From: Podarcis filfolensis
Taxonomy: Eukaryota
Reading direction: 5' to 3' (one strand)
Assembly (NCBI GenBank): GCA_964270895.1
Contig: OZ185437.1
DNA length: 64,000 nucleotides
Position 1 is the first letter of the stretch. Each line of letters starts with the position of its first letter. The notes below the pieces were generated by a model that ran no database searches, had not been told where the DNA came from, and saw nothing but the letters and a program-made list of their open reading frames with translations. Made by a program: the position numbers and the translations under genes. Shown one piece after another: positions 50,100 through 63,758 of the stretch.

Positions 50100-51008
50100 G
50101 TCCAAAGTCAGCAGCTATCTGTAGTTAATGCTTGAAATGTAAGTGAGGCGAAGTAACTCAGTTCACAGAATAAATATAGTAATGCTGGTGTGCATGTCTG
50201 TAGTTCAGTCCATGTTAAGTAGACCAGGAATACAGGTTGATTTCTCAAAAGTCTTGACAGAATGCAAAAAGATCATACTTGTGGATCATAAACTTTGGGT
50301 TGCCTTGGGCAAGATAAAGTTACTAACAAATTTAATACATAATAAATATATATATTTTTTTAAAAAAGAAACTTCATTCACTGGTAAAGTTAATTTAGAG
50401 ATGTGTGAAGTTAGTCAATTTGAAAGTGTCAGTCACAACTGTCAAACAATTTGCAAGTTAAAGTTACCTGTTGTGACATTTCCAGGATATGCTGCAGACT
50501 AGAGATTTTCAAGTTGTGGCCAGCTTTTTGAATAATGCAGACAATTTCAGCTGAGTGCTAGAAGACAGTAGCTGATATCCAATTGTTACAGCCAGCTTGT
50601 GCAACAGCCGTTCTGCTGCCAGGAGGCCCTAGTTTACCACAACAGCCAAATTCAATTGACGTCTTGTACTTGTGAAATATGTTGTGCAACCCCTAGCACA
50701 ACTTCTGCAGTTTTTATTATTATACTTGGTGACAGTTAAGCCTATGTGCATAGTTAAGCCTATACAGGACAGGGGAACGGGGGTGAGGAATGTCAGGAAT
50801 TCAGCCTACACTCGAGTAGGAGTGTAGGCTCTAACAAAGAAGTCCCATTGCACAAGCAGAGGTTGTTCCACTCACACTTAGTTAAATATGCTCCTCAGAC
50901 TTTAAATTGAGGAGCATGGACGAAATCAAAAGGTACCAATGTGAAAGTAGCAATAATGAATTCTGCATTCCACTAGATTTTATATTTCACAGTAGGAAGC
51001 GGATTAAA

Positions 51009-51094
51009 GATGCAATCATAACTCTGCTTATCTGGGAGTGAGCCCCGTTGAATTCAATGGGACATTGGAGTAAATATGGTTAGGATTGCAGCCT
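51009..51094. mobile_element. ~85-bp palindromic MITE-like repeat
   Basis: tgcaatc...ctgggagtgagcccc.ttgaattcaatgggac...gttaggattgcagcc. Paralogue at 62010-62097. Confidence 0.7.
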
Positions 51095-52214
51095 TAGCAC
51101 CTATAAGCTGCCCCTAAAAACAAAGTCAACTCTCAATCAACACTGCAGAAGAAAGAAAAGCAATGGGGCTCCTTATGGGACAGCAGGAATTATATATGAT
51201 TGAATATGTAAACAGTAAAGCAATTTACATCTCTATTTGCATATAATGTCCACTTGTTTAGAAAAGCATTTATATAAGAATCCATGTCAGCTCAATGGTC
51301 CATTTTCAACAGATTCCTCCAGCATGCTTAATCTCATCCAGTGGCATGGCTACAATACATTTGTTTGGGCCAATAAAATGGGTAAGTGGTTTTTATGGGG
51401 TGGTGGTCCTGTAGACCATTCTGTGCTGCTTGGAAGAAAGTCAGGATAAAAAATAAATAAGTGTTGAATTCTTTCTAGCAGACTTCACATGAAAGTTGTA
51501 ATGTTTAAATTGGCCCTCAGAGGCATTGTTGAAGAACTATAGCCAGTCATATGAAACCTTTGTTTTTGCAGTGTTTCATATTGCAACTTTATTGGCTCAC
51601 CCTCTGTGGGTTTGTATGCTTTTCAGGTTTGTCCAAAACGTTAGATATGAACGAACACAGATTCCAGTAAAAGTGCATGTTGCTTGCCAAAACTCACCTA
51701 GCTTCGCTGTAAAACTTCCGAAGAGGTTGCCATAATTAGTATATCCCTTATCTTCCTGGCATATACTGAGACCCACTGATCTTTTCCCAACAGCTTATTT
51801 GGAGGAGAGATTTTTTTTTTAATGGTGTGGTTTTCTGAACATAATATACAGTACTTTATGGTTTATTATTCTCAACCAAAATGTCATTTTTGTCATAGAG
51901 CTGTTCTTCATCTTAAAGTTTTTTTTGTCCAGGCAACATAGATCATAATTCTTTACTGGAATATTTCATCTTAAAATATTGTTCCTTTAGTGTGAACAAT
52001 AGGTATAAAAATAGACTTCATTGTAGATTAATTTTACTGGTACATAAAGCCTTTGGTGAATGAGATTAAACTGATACTAATTCTAGGCTAGTTTCTATGT
52101 GGATTTTGATGCTCCTAAACTATTGGTCCAGTTCAGACATCATGGCCTCTGACTCACATGGCCTCTGACTTTGTCTCCTGTTCCCTCCTACAGTTGCTTT
52201 ACAATAGCTATAGT

Positions 52215-52530
52215 TAATTTTACTTACAAGTCAGGGCTGAGAAGCTAAGATCAAGCACAGTGAGGCATGGTCTAGTAGCAGGGTCTTGAAGTCAAACACA
52301 GCAGAGTGGTCCAAGGGTAGACGGGATTCCAAAAACAAGGTATTAGCAAGGGTTGGTAGTAGCAGGTCAGTCAAAATAGGAACAATAAGCTGGCTTGCCC
52401 AGAGCTAAGAAGGACTAGTGTTGTTCAAGCAACTAGGAGTTTATGTATCTGGTCACCCAAATCGGCTGCAACTGATTAGCTTAGCCTTCCAAGTTCCCTG
52501 CTCCCAATTAGGCCCTTATTCCTGAGAAGT
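52215..52530 (-). mobile_element. Possible Gypsy solo-LTR remnant
   Basis: Repeated gtcaa/gtccaagg tracts and tgttgttcaagcaact, a style typical of lizard LTRs. Termini not resolved. Confidence 0.3.
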
Positions 52531-55500
52531 CCCATTCTTACAAACCTAGAGTGGGGGTTGAATGAACCTGGGAAGAAGCTAAGTTCATTCAAATAGTACC
52601 TGAATATATCACTGATTGTTTGTGCAGTTTGCACTTCATCCTGTGACCAATCAAACTAGGGAACTACTTTTTTTTTTAAAAAAAAAGCATGAAAATCAAC
52701 ATACAGTTTTTGTATGTTATGCTTTTTTGGACAAAAAATCCCTACATTGTTCCTGATCCCAGTAGTTGTACAGCTCCTTCTCTTCCATTATAAGCACTTG
52801 GTGTGCCCCCCACCCATGAACATAATGTTTTAGTTGTGGCATAAGTATTCCATCTTTTGACTTCTTGATCTGTATATAGATATGACAGAAAGGACCTCCA
52901 TTCACTTTCGTCTCATATGGTTTTAAAGCAAGATGTAATAAAACAGACCTTTGCCTCAAATACAGCTTTTGTAGTGAGTGCTTTGAGTTCTGCCATACAA
53001 GGATTTTGTATCCATTTATTTCTCTGCTTCACATAAAGACTTTCCTTCATTGATGGAGGATGCGGGAAAGCCTGTGAGGATTCAACATTGTTTAGTGTGT
53101 ATTGTAATATATTTACTGTAGAGAGGAAACATAACATTTGTGCTGTTTAAAGAAGCCTTCAGTTTCTGTGAGCTCCCTTATTACATGTTTTAGAATTTTG
53201 GGGGAATATTTTAAAGAGCTTTAAAACTCTTGTTGACTCCTATTGAAGAGATGATGCCAAAGACTGCTTTGACTGCTTTGTTTTCCATGAGCTAGGTTTA
53301 AAGTTAATAGGTTAAATCCAGTTGTGTCCCTCTCCTGGCAGAAGGCTATTTGATCCAGTAGAAACGTCCTTGAGTAGAAAGGTAGAAGAGACTGTTTTTA
53401 GAAATTTCACCTTTCTTCTGCAGGCCCCTTTGTGACACCTCTCACACTGTTCGAATCTAAGGGGTCCCCACCTTAGAGGGGTGCAGAGAGCAGCAGATGT
53501 AAGGGGGAATCAGCAAAAATAATCTCTTCCCATTTTCTCTTCATGGAAACCTCCAGTAGATCAAAGAGCCTTCCACCAACCATTGGATGCAACCATATTT
53601 CATTAAGTGTTTCAACTTGCCAACCATTTTAGCAAATTCTTCAGCTGCTTGCAAGGATTTTTGGACACAAGTGTTGACAATAGTTCTGTTCTGTTGTGAA
53701 ATTGCTTAATTGGGATAGTAATTTTAGATGGATTATTTCATCTGCTTGTTTTAGAAGCTATTTGATTGCCTCTAATTCCACATTAGTTACTTCGCATGGT
53801 TGCTTTTGGTGCCTGCATGTAATGATGCCACTTGGAAACAACAATGGTTGAATCCTCTATAGGCAGATTCATCCATTTCTCTAGTTTTCTAAACTGAACT
53901 GTGAATTGGGTACATTGCTGAATGGCAGCAGTTTTGAGAATTAGCTTTCCAGCTGGTGGAAACCTTTTGGTTTGTAAAATATTATGCAATTATAAGGTCC
54001 CAAATTGTACGAACTGTGCAATAATTAGCTGCTAGCTTATGTTGTAAAGAAGAAGAAAAAAATCCAGATTTATAATTTACCATAATGACCTAGCCATGTT
54101 GAAATTATTGAGATTCTTGTCTGAAAATGGTAGCTTTCTTCTTAGTAAAACATTAGCCATTCAAACTGACTGAATGGAATTGATTTTAATGCCAAAGCAA
54201 TGCTCTCAGATAACATGCCAAATACTGTGTCCCTTTTCCTGTTAAGTTCTGCAGTTCCCTGTTCCCCCACTTTCTTTATACTGCAAGTGTCTCTGCAAAT
54301 GAATTTCTGGGTTTTAGTCAAGAATTGGAGCTATGAAAGCATTGGTGTATCAGAGATGTACCCGCCTGCCAAATCATACAGAGGTTTGTTGATTCCATGC
54401 TTTGGTGATCATACAGTATCCTAAAAGTTACGCTGAATAAGTGACAACCTTCATTTTATTCAGTGGCATGTTTGACATGTATCTAAAATGGTAGACACAT
54501 GCACTGGAATTGATACATTTACAACTAGAGTTTTGTTTTTCTGTTCATTAAGCATAACGTGACATACACACATAAGCAATATAAAATGGCTGGATATGTG
54601 TGATTTATTTTATAGGAAGAAACACTTCATGAGCAAATGGTTAGTGTCTTCAGTTAGCCGTGTTAGAATTGATTCGGAACAAGCTTGTTACCAAAAATCT
54701 GTATAGAAGCACTCAGTAGAATTAAAATTCTGTTTTAAATAGTTTATTTAAAATATTTATTTGTTGAGTATCTAAAGAAGAACTACACACTGTACAGAAC
54801 ATGTAAATAAGAAGATAGGCTTTGTCAAAATAGGTTTATTGTTCAGTCTTAAATGTGTTTGTATTTCTTGCCAGATCATCTTTAGGACTGTGAGTTTTCC
54901 CAATGACACTGACACTGAGACAGTTTCAACTTAAACCAGAGTACAAGTGCTTCTCTGGATTTGGTGCATGTCATATTTTATTTCTGTTTTCAAGCTTAAA
55001 CGCTGAAGTCTATGTCTCCATTCCTCTATTTTAAATTTGGTTTAATAGGGCCACTGCTTTCTCCTCTATATAAGACTCTACAGCTCCTGCAATTAGTGAT
55101 AATTCACTGAAATGGGCTGGAATCTGAAATCCATTGGCTGAAAGGAGAATGGGCTGCTTGTTAATGTTCCAAGGCTGCCACGCCAACCGGTACCCACTTG
55201 AAAAGTGTGGCTCTTGCACTTGGCTGCTTGACATGTCCAGCTGATGGAGGCTGGCTCAGCATCTGCTGCATTCATTGTATCTAATGGTGTATCCATCTGT
55301 TGGCTGTCAAAGCCATTGCCAGCAAATTACTAATATATTAGAGAAACATGGAAATAAGTTTGTAATTCTCATTCCTGGCTTTCTGTCTCGTTTGTTGCTA
55401 TTTATTTATTTATTGAGGTGTTGAGGGGGGGAAATCTACATTTCCCCCCCAAAAGGTTATCGTGTTCTTGTCAACCTAGCCTATTCTGACTCAACCACTT

Positions 55501-56802
55501 TGATAAAGAAGATTCCTCTGTGTTTGTGGGTGATGTCTATTCTACTGCTGCCCTGCACGTAGCCCCAATAAGGAAAATTCAGAACAAATGTTTGTTTTTT
55601 TAATACCAGAAGATTACAAGGCGTTAGAGATCTATACTCATACTTCTTTGTTGCAAATTAATTTTACAGTATCATATGAGGGGCTTCAGACAGGTCAATG
55701 TGTCTCTGAGACAAACACACACACATGTATATACATACACACTTGCAAGTGTGTGAGTTGAAGTTCAACAACATCTGGATGGCCACAGGTTCCCCCTCCC
55801 AGCTTTAGATGAGACTTCAGTGTCATCCCATGGAGACACTCTTTCTTTCTTTAAGATAAATGATTTGCATCGGAATGGTATTATTTGGATTAAATAAGAA
55901 TGGAAGCAGGAGAAGGAACAACAACATCATCTCCCCAAAATCAGAACATGGGAAGTCACCCAAAAATGTTTAATTTGGAATGGAATAATTTGGCTTCTTA
56001 AATTGTATTATGATTTGGTATTGTATCAATATGGCTTATATTGGATTATTTTTAATGAAAAATTAATTAATTTTTTTTTAAAAAGAGACATTCTTTCTTA
56101 CCTGAAGCCACAAGACATTTGAGAGATCAAAAGAATTTTATTGTGACTCATCTTGTCTATGAACAGTAATATAGAACCTTTGTCTTTAACAGCTAGCATA
56201 GATCCTCCTCCTTGTATAAAGAAACTGGGAGACGCTTCTCATGCTGTTTCAAAGACTCAGTTACAATCTCAAGAAGTGCAGTCATACCTGATAAAGTTCC
56301 ATTCTGAATTCCCCTAAGTCTTGAACAGAGATTCCTAATATAGCATATAAGGGTCAGATCTATGCTGACGATTGGAATTATATACATTATATATGTTAGA
56401 AAGATTACTATGTAAAGCAGAAGTAGATAATGTTAGATTTCTGAGGGCTATTCAACCTCCAAGGTTTTTTCTCCTGACCACAAAGTCCTCACTGCTGTCA
56501 TGTGATTACTAGGCAGGTGTGAAGAAGTTTTTCCAGGACAAAAGACCCAGCAGGTGTTGATGTCACGTAAAGATTTTCCTGTTTCACATAGAATATGAAT
56601 GGGAATGTCTGGTTTGTGTTCCGCAAACACAGCTGCATAATAAAAATAGATATGTGTAGAACAAACAGTGGATATACCAGTGAATTTATATCTGAGTGGA
56701 AGTAAAATGTCAGCAATAAAGGCTGTTGGTGAATTGTTTATCAATTATATTAGAAAGGTTGATTACCTATGGCTGTGCTGGGGTGGGGATTAAAAAGTTG
56801 TA

Positions 56803-57028
56803 CAGTGGTACCTCGGGTTACATACGCTTCAGGTTACAGACTTCGCTAACGCAGAAATAGTGCTTCAGGTTAAGAACTTTGCGTCAGGATGAGAACAGAA
56901 ATCATGCTCTGGCAGCGCGGCGGCAGTGGGAGGCCCCATTAGCTAAAGTGGTGCTTCAGGTTAAGAACAGTTTCAGGTTAAGAACGGACCTCCGGAACGA
57001 ATTAAGTACTTAACCCGAGGTACCACTG
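56803..57028. mobile_element. Tc1/mariner (Tigger/pogo-like) MITE, copy 2, intact
   Basis: Perfect 18-bp TIR CAGTGGTACCTCGGGTTA. TA TSD at 56801-56802 and 57029-57030. CpGs retained. Confidence 0.93.
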
Positions 57029-57813
57029 TATTTAAAATAGCAGCTAAAACTGGAGGCTGGCATTTCATTTTAAGCACATAGTGGGAGCGCTTGTTGTCAG
57101 TTCCTAAAGTGAATGCTCAGTGTTATTTGATTTCCTTTAAAATCACAAGATAGAACTTGTAAGGCATGACTGAGTTAAAAGTGTACGGAAAAAGAAAAAG
57201 AAATAAACATGATGTAACAGGGCTTGCATATGAACCTATTATGAAGATACCATGACAATGCCAATCTAGATCTTTATTTGTTAATGTACAAAGGGCACGG
57301 GGAAGGAATTATATATGTTCTGTGTTTCTTATTCTAGAATGTGGAGAATGAGAGGAAAGGGATCTAATGTTTGCATTTCAGTGAAAAGTCTGCTTAATGG
57401 GAACACTTTTTCAAAGTGTAGGAGCAACAAGGAAGACATGCCACCACAGCCTGCAATGCACAGTACTCACCCTAGCTAGATTTCCTTAAGGTCCTCCTTT
57501 GTTTCACCCCCATGTTTCTACTTCTCCACTCTTTCAACCCTGCTCCTGGTTTTGCAGGATGATTATGCAGCTGCAGCCCCCACCTCCCAAAAAATCCTGC
57601 CTTCTCCTGTCCACCACATCTCCTTAGTGAAGCAGGTCCACCACTTTCAGAAATCCGTATCTGCAGAACACCAGTATTGGATAATAGATAGGGAATCCTC
57701 CATTTGTGTCTTGCACTGTTTGGGTTACTTCACTGAACAAGATTTTCCAGCAAGCTGTTTCTCTGAATCCAAGGTTTTAACTTTATTTTCCTCTGTTACA
57801 TTGTTTTGTCTAG

Positions 57814-58141
57814 GAAACTACTCCAGACAGCCAACGTACTCTGGAGTGACCAACACGAGTTACAGTGGCCCAGGACCTGGTATGGGTATAAATGCCAGCA
57901 GCCAGATGCATGGACAAGGGCCAGGCCAGCCTTGTGGTACCATACCCCTGGGACGAATGCCATCAGCTGGGATGCAGAGCAGACCGTTTCCTGGAAATAT
58001 GAGCAGTATGACCCCCAATTCTCCAGGCATGTCTCAGCAGGGAGGCCCAGGGATGGGACCACCCATGCCGACTGTGAACCGTAAGGCACAGGAGGCGGCT
58101 GCAGCAGTGATGCAGGCTGCCGCAAACTCCGCCCAGAGCAG
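57814..58141 (+). CDS. ARID1B: ARID1B coding exon (328 nt, phase 1 to 2)
   Basis: ttgtctag|GA and AGCAG|gtatga. Encodes (G)[10 protein letters not shown]...[32 protein letters not shown](R), including the [12 protein letters not shown] motif characteristic of the ARID1 family. Confidence 0.98.
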
Positions 58142-59857
58142 GTATGAGTCCAAAGGAAAGGATCCAAAACCATTTAAAATGTACTTGCTTATAAAGTAAA
58201 GGAGGTTTGTGCAAAGGACAAAACGGTATAATTGTTAAAAGAAACCCAAATGACAGTGGCATGTGTTTACCATTTCAAGACATGTTTTATATCTATGAAT
58301 ATAAGTATTTAGAACAGGAAATCCCACAGTTTTAATATGACGTAAAAAGTAAAATCCCTGGAATTAACCCCTGCAATTCTGAAAGGGTAAATTTAATACA
58401 CACAGGTGTAACATGAATTGTTGGGGAAAGGAGGGTGGAAAGAAGCACCATTGCTGGGATCGTTGTTGTCTCTTGGGCATTTGAAGTCTCCAGAACATTT
58501 TCAAATTCCATTTGCCAATGGATATAAGCAGTTGTGGGCAGGGGCCACCCTTTTTAAAGCTAACCAGAATATCTAATTTATAACTGCTGTTCTGAGGTGG
58601 AGACTGAAATATGGATTATTAATCTCTAGTCTTGTGGTTTTTGCAGTACAGGAAGCATCTTCCTCAGGTCTTGAGGTAGCACCATAAATTTACACTCCAT
58701 GGCTAATATGTGCAGCCTACTATCCCTGGGATGATATCTCCAAGACCCTTAAGGGAGAATACCTGGTTACTGGATTGCAGTATGTGCCTGCAGTTCTAAA
58801 AACCTGTGGAAACGCAAATAGCATCTTCCCTTGTGCTGCCCATGGCAGCCATGGGGAACACATGCTCTCACGTTTCTTGAGATCATGTTGTGTTTCTCTG
58901 TTTCATAGTGTTGAAATAGACAGACTTTTCCCCAGCAGAAAAATGAATTTTATTATTGTTTTGCAAGATGGATCTATATGCATGTATATATTAAGTGCAT
59001 GCATATATAAAATACATATTTATACACATTTCTACAGACATATACATTGCATTTGGTTATATAATATACCATTGATGACCTTACGCACGAATTACTCCAG
59101 ATATTTTTATGTCTATTATGCATATAAAGGAAAAGGTATACACAACTTGTTTGTACTATGGAGGATTAGAGAGACCTAAAACATCTTTTAAAAACCCCAA
59201 AATACTACTATTTTAATAGGATAAAATCACATTACCTTTCTAAATTGCTGACCTGGGCTCCTGTGAAATTCAGTAGATCAACAGGTTTTATGCATTTTTT
59301 TGTTTTGGTTTGAGCAATTGGTATTTTACAAACATAAAAGCAATGTAATTAATTTTAAACATTAATAATTGCCAGTAAAATAGAGTGCATGGTTGCAATT
59401 CACATTATGAATTTGGATAAAGTATTTCATATTTGATTTAAACACACAAACATAATACCCGTAGATTGCTTTCCCACTTGAAGCCTAACTCTCAAATCTA
59501 TTTTGTAGACTTACTTTTCAGTTGCTGTATCTCCATAATCAAAACACAACATTTCAAAACCTCTTCATCACATTGTGCGCCCCAGGTAATCTAACACCTG
59601 TAGGAAGATTATGAAGTCATTAGACCTTAATTGCAAAAGGAACATTAGGAAGCAACTTGTGGGATGAATCCCTTTTTATCCAAGAGGTTTGGAAGCACAG
59701 CATTTTTCTCCTTGGTTCCTAATGGAAAGCTATATGGCTATTTGCCCAACAGTAAGAATCCTACATGCTTCAGTGTGGAAGGATTGTAGCTGACGAGGTG
59801 GTTCATGCTTGTGATCCAATACAAATCCAAAGAAGCTGTTCTTTTGTTCTGCTTTAG

Positions 59858-59986
59858 GCCACCATACATTAGGTCGCCTGCTTATCCCAGCCAGTCTGGG
59901 GCTGGCGGACGCCCCATGTTTTCTTCACAGCACCCCAACTATGGCAGCACTCAGGCTCCCATGATGCATCAGCCTGACCAGTACGG
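59858..59986 (+). CDS. ARID1B: ARID1B 129-nt phase-symmetric exon, probably an alternative cassette
   Basis: cttttgttctgctttag|G and TACGG|gtaggt. Phase 2 to 2 continues the upstream exon. Encodes (R)PPYIRSPAYPSQSGAGGRPMFSSQHPNYGSTQAPMMHQPDQY(G), with the same P/Q/Y/G bias as the flanking exons. Confidence 0.8.
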
Positions 59987-60128
59987 GTAGGTAGCCATGT
60001 AAACTGGACTTGCTGTGGGATCTTGACAGGGTTTTTTCTCCTAAATGTTATATGCCATTTGGCTATTGAAGGCACTCCAGATCAAGTATAATGCTTGCAT
60101 CTGAAAAGGAATTTGCTTTTTTGTTTTT

Positions 60129-60206
60129 ACTAACTATGTCAGATATGAGTTTTAAAAAGACAAACAAAAAACTGCATGTCACCCACACTGCATGGCTTGT
60201 GGCATG
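60129..60206 (+). promoter_or_regulatory. Intronic splicing-regulator cluster (QKI and RBFOX motifs)
   Basis: ACTAAC at 60129-60134, TGCATG at 60173-60178 and 60189-60194, GCATG at 60202-60206. Confidence 0.55.
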
Positions 60207-62009
60207 GCTCTGTTTCCTTCATGCCTGAGAGGGAAATGAAGATCTCCATTGGCTGCAAATAAATTAAATCTTGTGTTTTTCTGCACCATTACTTGTCCCT
60301 TCCTCCATTTTTTTGTCGTTGTTGTCTAGGAGCAGAATCATGAGACACTGAAATTACCATGGCTGTCTTGTTGTTATCATCACATTAAGCTTCTCCCCAA
60401 AAATACGCTATGTATTTATGAAACTGATTGCAGAAGCAATGGCAGTAGTTAGTAATGGGGCTTATAAAAGGTTCCATGGTATCATAATTTAAACAATTTA
60501 TAAAAGGGTGACAGCCTGCTAACACTCTGCCAAGGGGTGTAAAACTTGAGGTGTCTAGTATGAAATTACCTGAACTACGCGGGATTTTGTTCCAGTTAAT
60601 TGTGTTTTCATCAGTATTTCCCTACTCTTTTTTTTAAAAGATTACATCACTGTGAAAGTGCTCCCACCATTCAGTTTCAAAATTTTCAGAAGTAATACAC
60701 ACCCAGTCAAATTACTGCTATAACTGGCCAACTGGAAATCCCCAAAGTTGCAGTATTCTTCTCTGGATGCAGGGACACCAATGAGTCCTGATTTTGCTAA
60801 CATGAAATATTTAAAAGAATTGTGTGGCACCCCTGGAAAAAAATGAAGCAAAACTATTAGGACTTTTTAACACTGTGGAAGTTTATACTTCCTTTTACTT
60901 AAGATTTCTGATAGTCAAGTTAACATTTTGGTCAGCATCTACATGCATTTGAACGTAACTGTAAGCAGTGGTTTGGCACTCCAAGCATGAACTGGAACAA
61001 GCCCAAGCAAAGCCTTAGGCACATTTGCCCCCCTCGTCTCCTTCCACGTGACCACTAGTGTCTACCTCTGGTTTCACAGAATTTTGGCTTGTTATATATG
61101 AATAAGAGATTATGGTTTGAAACAAATTCTGGGGTGTTAAAACTTGCCAGCTACATAACCCGTAATTTGAAGTTGGCTTGTTTTGAAACCCATCAGAGTT
61201 CGTTTAAAACTATGATGTTTAGTTTGTACACAACAACAAACCAGGATTCTCTGTAACCAAAAATAAACACATATTTTCCACAGCTGCATAGAAGGAGGAG
61301 GAGGAAAGGCAAAGTTTATGAGCCCAATAATTTGCTTGGGCTTGTTCCAGCTCAAGTACATAGTACATGTGAACTGGGCCATGATAGGTAGTTGTTGTTT
61401 TTCAAAACAAAAACAAAAAACCCTAGAACAACACACTTATAAATGTCACAGAGAGTGAACGCGCACAGTGTTTTTCTACCACATCATTAGTTTTGAAGGG
61501 GAAGCCTGTAGTGTTCGAATGTCATTGGCAATTGAAACAAATTACCGATCTTTGGCGCCTCGATTAAAATAAAATAAGAGAGTGCAATCCACCTCCCCCA
61601 AAGTTCCTTGGAATGAATGAAGTGTTGAACTTGCTTAAGTGAGTTGGGTGGGAGGTAGTTTTATGAAACGCTTTTGATGGCTTCCAAGTCATATACTAAA
61701 CTGTAACATGATCCCAGTGTTGAAAGCACGGGTTTCTTTTTTTCTAAACCACAAGAAATGCTCTTAGAAATTTAGGAATCTTATTTAGACACAGAAAGCT
61801 AGTTTGGCTTTGCTGTGCCAAGTCACATTAAGCAACTGTGTAAAATGAATTTAAATGGCATGCATCAGAGCAAGCTCACTTCTGCTGAGGCAGAAAATCA
61901 ATGCCTGCTAAGCAGAACTTGAACAATCAAGATCAGGGATTCAATCGGTTATATTATCCTGTATTCTGGTGCAGAATTCTACCCTTCTAATTAAAAAGAA
62001 AGGTTAATA

Positions 62010-62097
62010 GTGCAATCCTAACAATGTCTACTCAGAAGTACTCTTACTGAATTGAGTAGGCCTTACTCCCTGGTAAGGAGGGTTAGGATTGCAACCT
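62010..62097. mobile_element. ~85-bp palindromic MITE-like repeat
   Basis: Perfect 12-bp inverted repeat tgcaatcctaac (62011-62022) / gttaggattgca (62082-62093). Confidence 0.75.
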
Positions 62098-63758
62098 AAG
62101 ACTTTTAGAAGCAACATCATTCCGACATCTCTACAGAAGAAGTAGTTACCCTCTTGAATGGTAACTATTTTTTGTTTTAATAACCCAGATGGTATATTAT
62201 GTAGGAACACTATATTCACTACTAAGCAGACAAGCCTCTCTCTAGTGTGGTTTGGACTTGGTGCCAAAGAGTAATACCATTCTTGGAGATCAGCAAATAA
62301 CCCTGAAAAAGCAGGAAGCCATAAAGAGTTAAATCACTTTCCTTTTCCTTTTTCTTGTTTTTGTCCTGGCCAAGACTTTCAGAAGCTGTATATTATGGAT
62401 AAGGAGAGTATGCTCACATGTGACAAATCTCTGCAATTACCATGGAAGGATACAGTGAGTGCACTATAAAAATGAAGGATGGCAACAACAACTGAGCTTT
62501 AGACTTCCTCAACGGGTTGGATATGAAGAAGTAATAAAGGCAACAAATAAACTTGGGATTAAATTTTAAGGGGTTTCCAATTTTGAATGTCTCTTGATGG
62601 GTGCCCAAGTTGAGACACATGGGCTCTGATAGACGCTGCTGAGCACACACATTGTAGCTTGTAACACTTCAAAAAAGGAGTGTATTTGATGGTGTGTATT
62701 TAATAAAGGCCTTCAAGCAGTGGGAGGCTTACATCTTTTTGGGGTATGTTTGTTGAAATGGAAGGGGGATACAATCTGCCGGCACAAAATGCTATAGCTT
62801 TCTCCGTAGCAAATCAGTGAGCACAAAGGGGGACACACAGCTTTAGTTCACTTCCTTTGTGTTTATCTTGAAACTGCTAGAGAAGTAAAGGAGGGGGAGA
62901 GTTAAAGCAGTATGCATTCCTGGGTTAGTTCTTGTTTCCCTGTTTTGTTTTTGAATACAAGGAGACCTAAGAAGAGATTCACAGATTCAGGTATTTTTTA
63001 TTTGTGGTTCTAGCTCACCCTTCACTGAGTGGTCCCAGGGCAGGTTACAAAAAGGTACCATAGACACAATTTTTATTTATTTATAATTAGCACTGCCTTC
63101 CTGCCATCAAGCATAAAGATACATGTCCAAATGTGTCATTGTAGGTAATTTCTGGTAATACGTTAAGTGATTCCACTCCACCAGAAAGTAGCTGCCGGCT
63201 ATGTTGGATGTCAGGGTATTGCCAAGTGTCTTATGTGAAATGACTAATGCCTTCCGACACTTGCCTGTATATATAGTAAAATATGCTACATATACAAAAA
63301 TTGCAGGAATAGGTGTGGTATTCAAATATGCAAACCCAGTTTTAAGTGTGAGGAAAGCAGATATTCATCACAGTCCAGACTGGACAAATGTAGTATTGCA
63401 GAGTTGCACTGTGTGAATACTATATTTTTTCATATGTCATAGGGTTGGGGGGGGCATACAATGACCCAAACTATTGTGCGATGTGATGTATACAAGAGGA
63501 GGTTTTTACAGAAGGAATTTCACTTTAAGCCATGCTACCACCACCCCCAATTATAGTTCAGACAATTGGTACAAAAATGTTTTAATGTGTATGCTCAGAA
63601 TGTTGTTTGTTCCTTCTCTTAAAATAGGGGGGGGGGTAGGCACTTCATTTTAAAGTTTGGAAGTACCAGTTGGCTAGTTGAGACATATCAGCAATTAGTG
63701 GTCAGGTCACCATGTGAAAACTCATAAGCATCTGAATATTGCAAATTGTTATTCAGAT

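Noticed and set aside
50803-50830. Hairpin agcctacact-cgagtagg-agtgtaggct
   Set aside because: 10-bp stem in a cluster of decayed palindromic MITE remnants; no independent evidence of function.
52141-52170. 14-bp tandem duplication around a TGACTCA
   Set aside because: Typical short slippage duplication; a single AP-1 heptamer is not informative.
57552-58199. 215-aa ORF as a stand-alone gene
   Set aside because: It is the 328-nt ARID1B exon plus in-frame read-through of flanking intron. The same applies to ORFs 11033-11395, 47849-48250 and 59805-59990.
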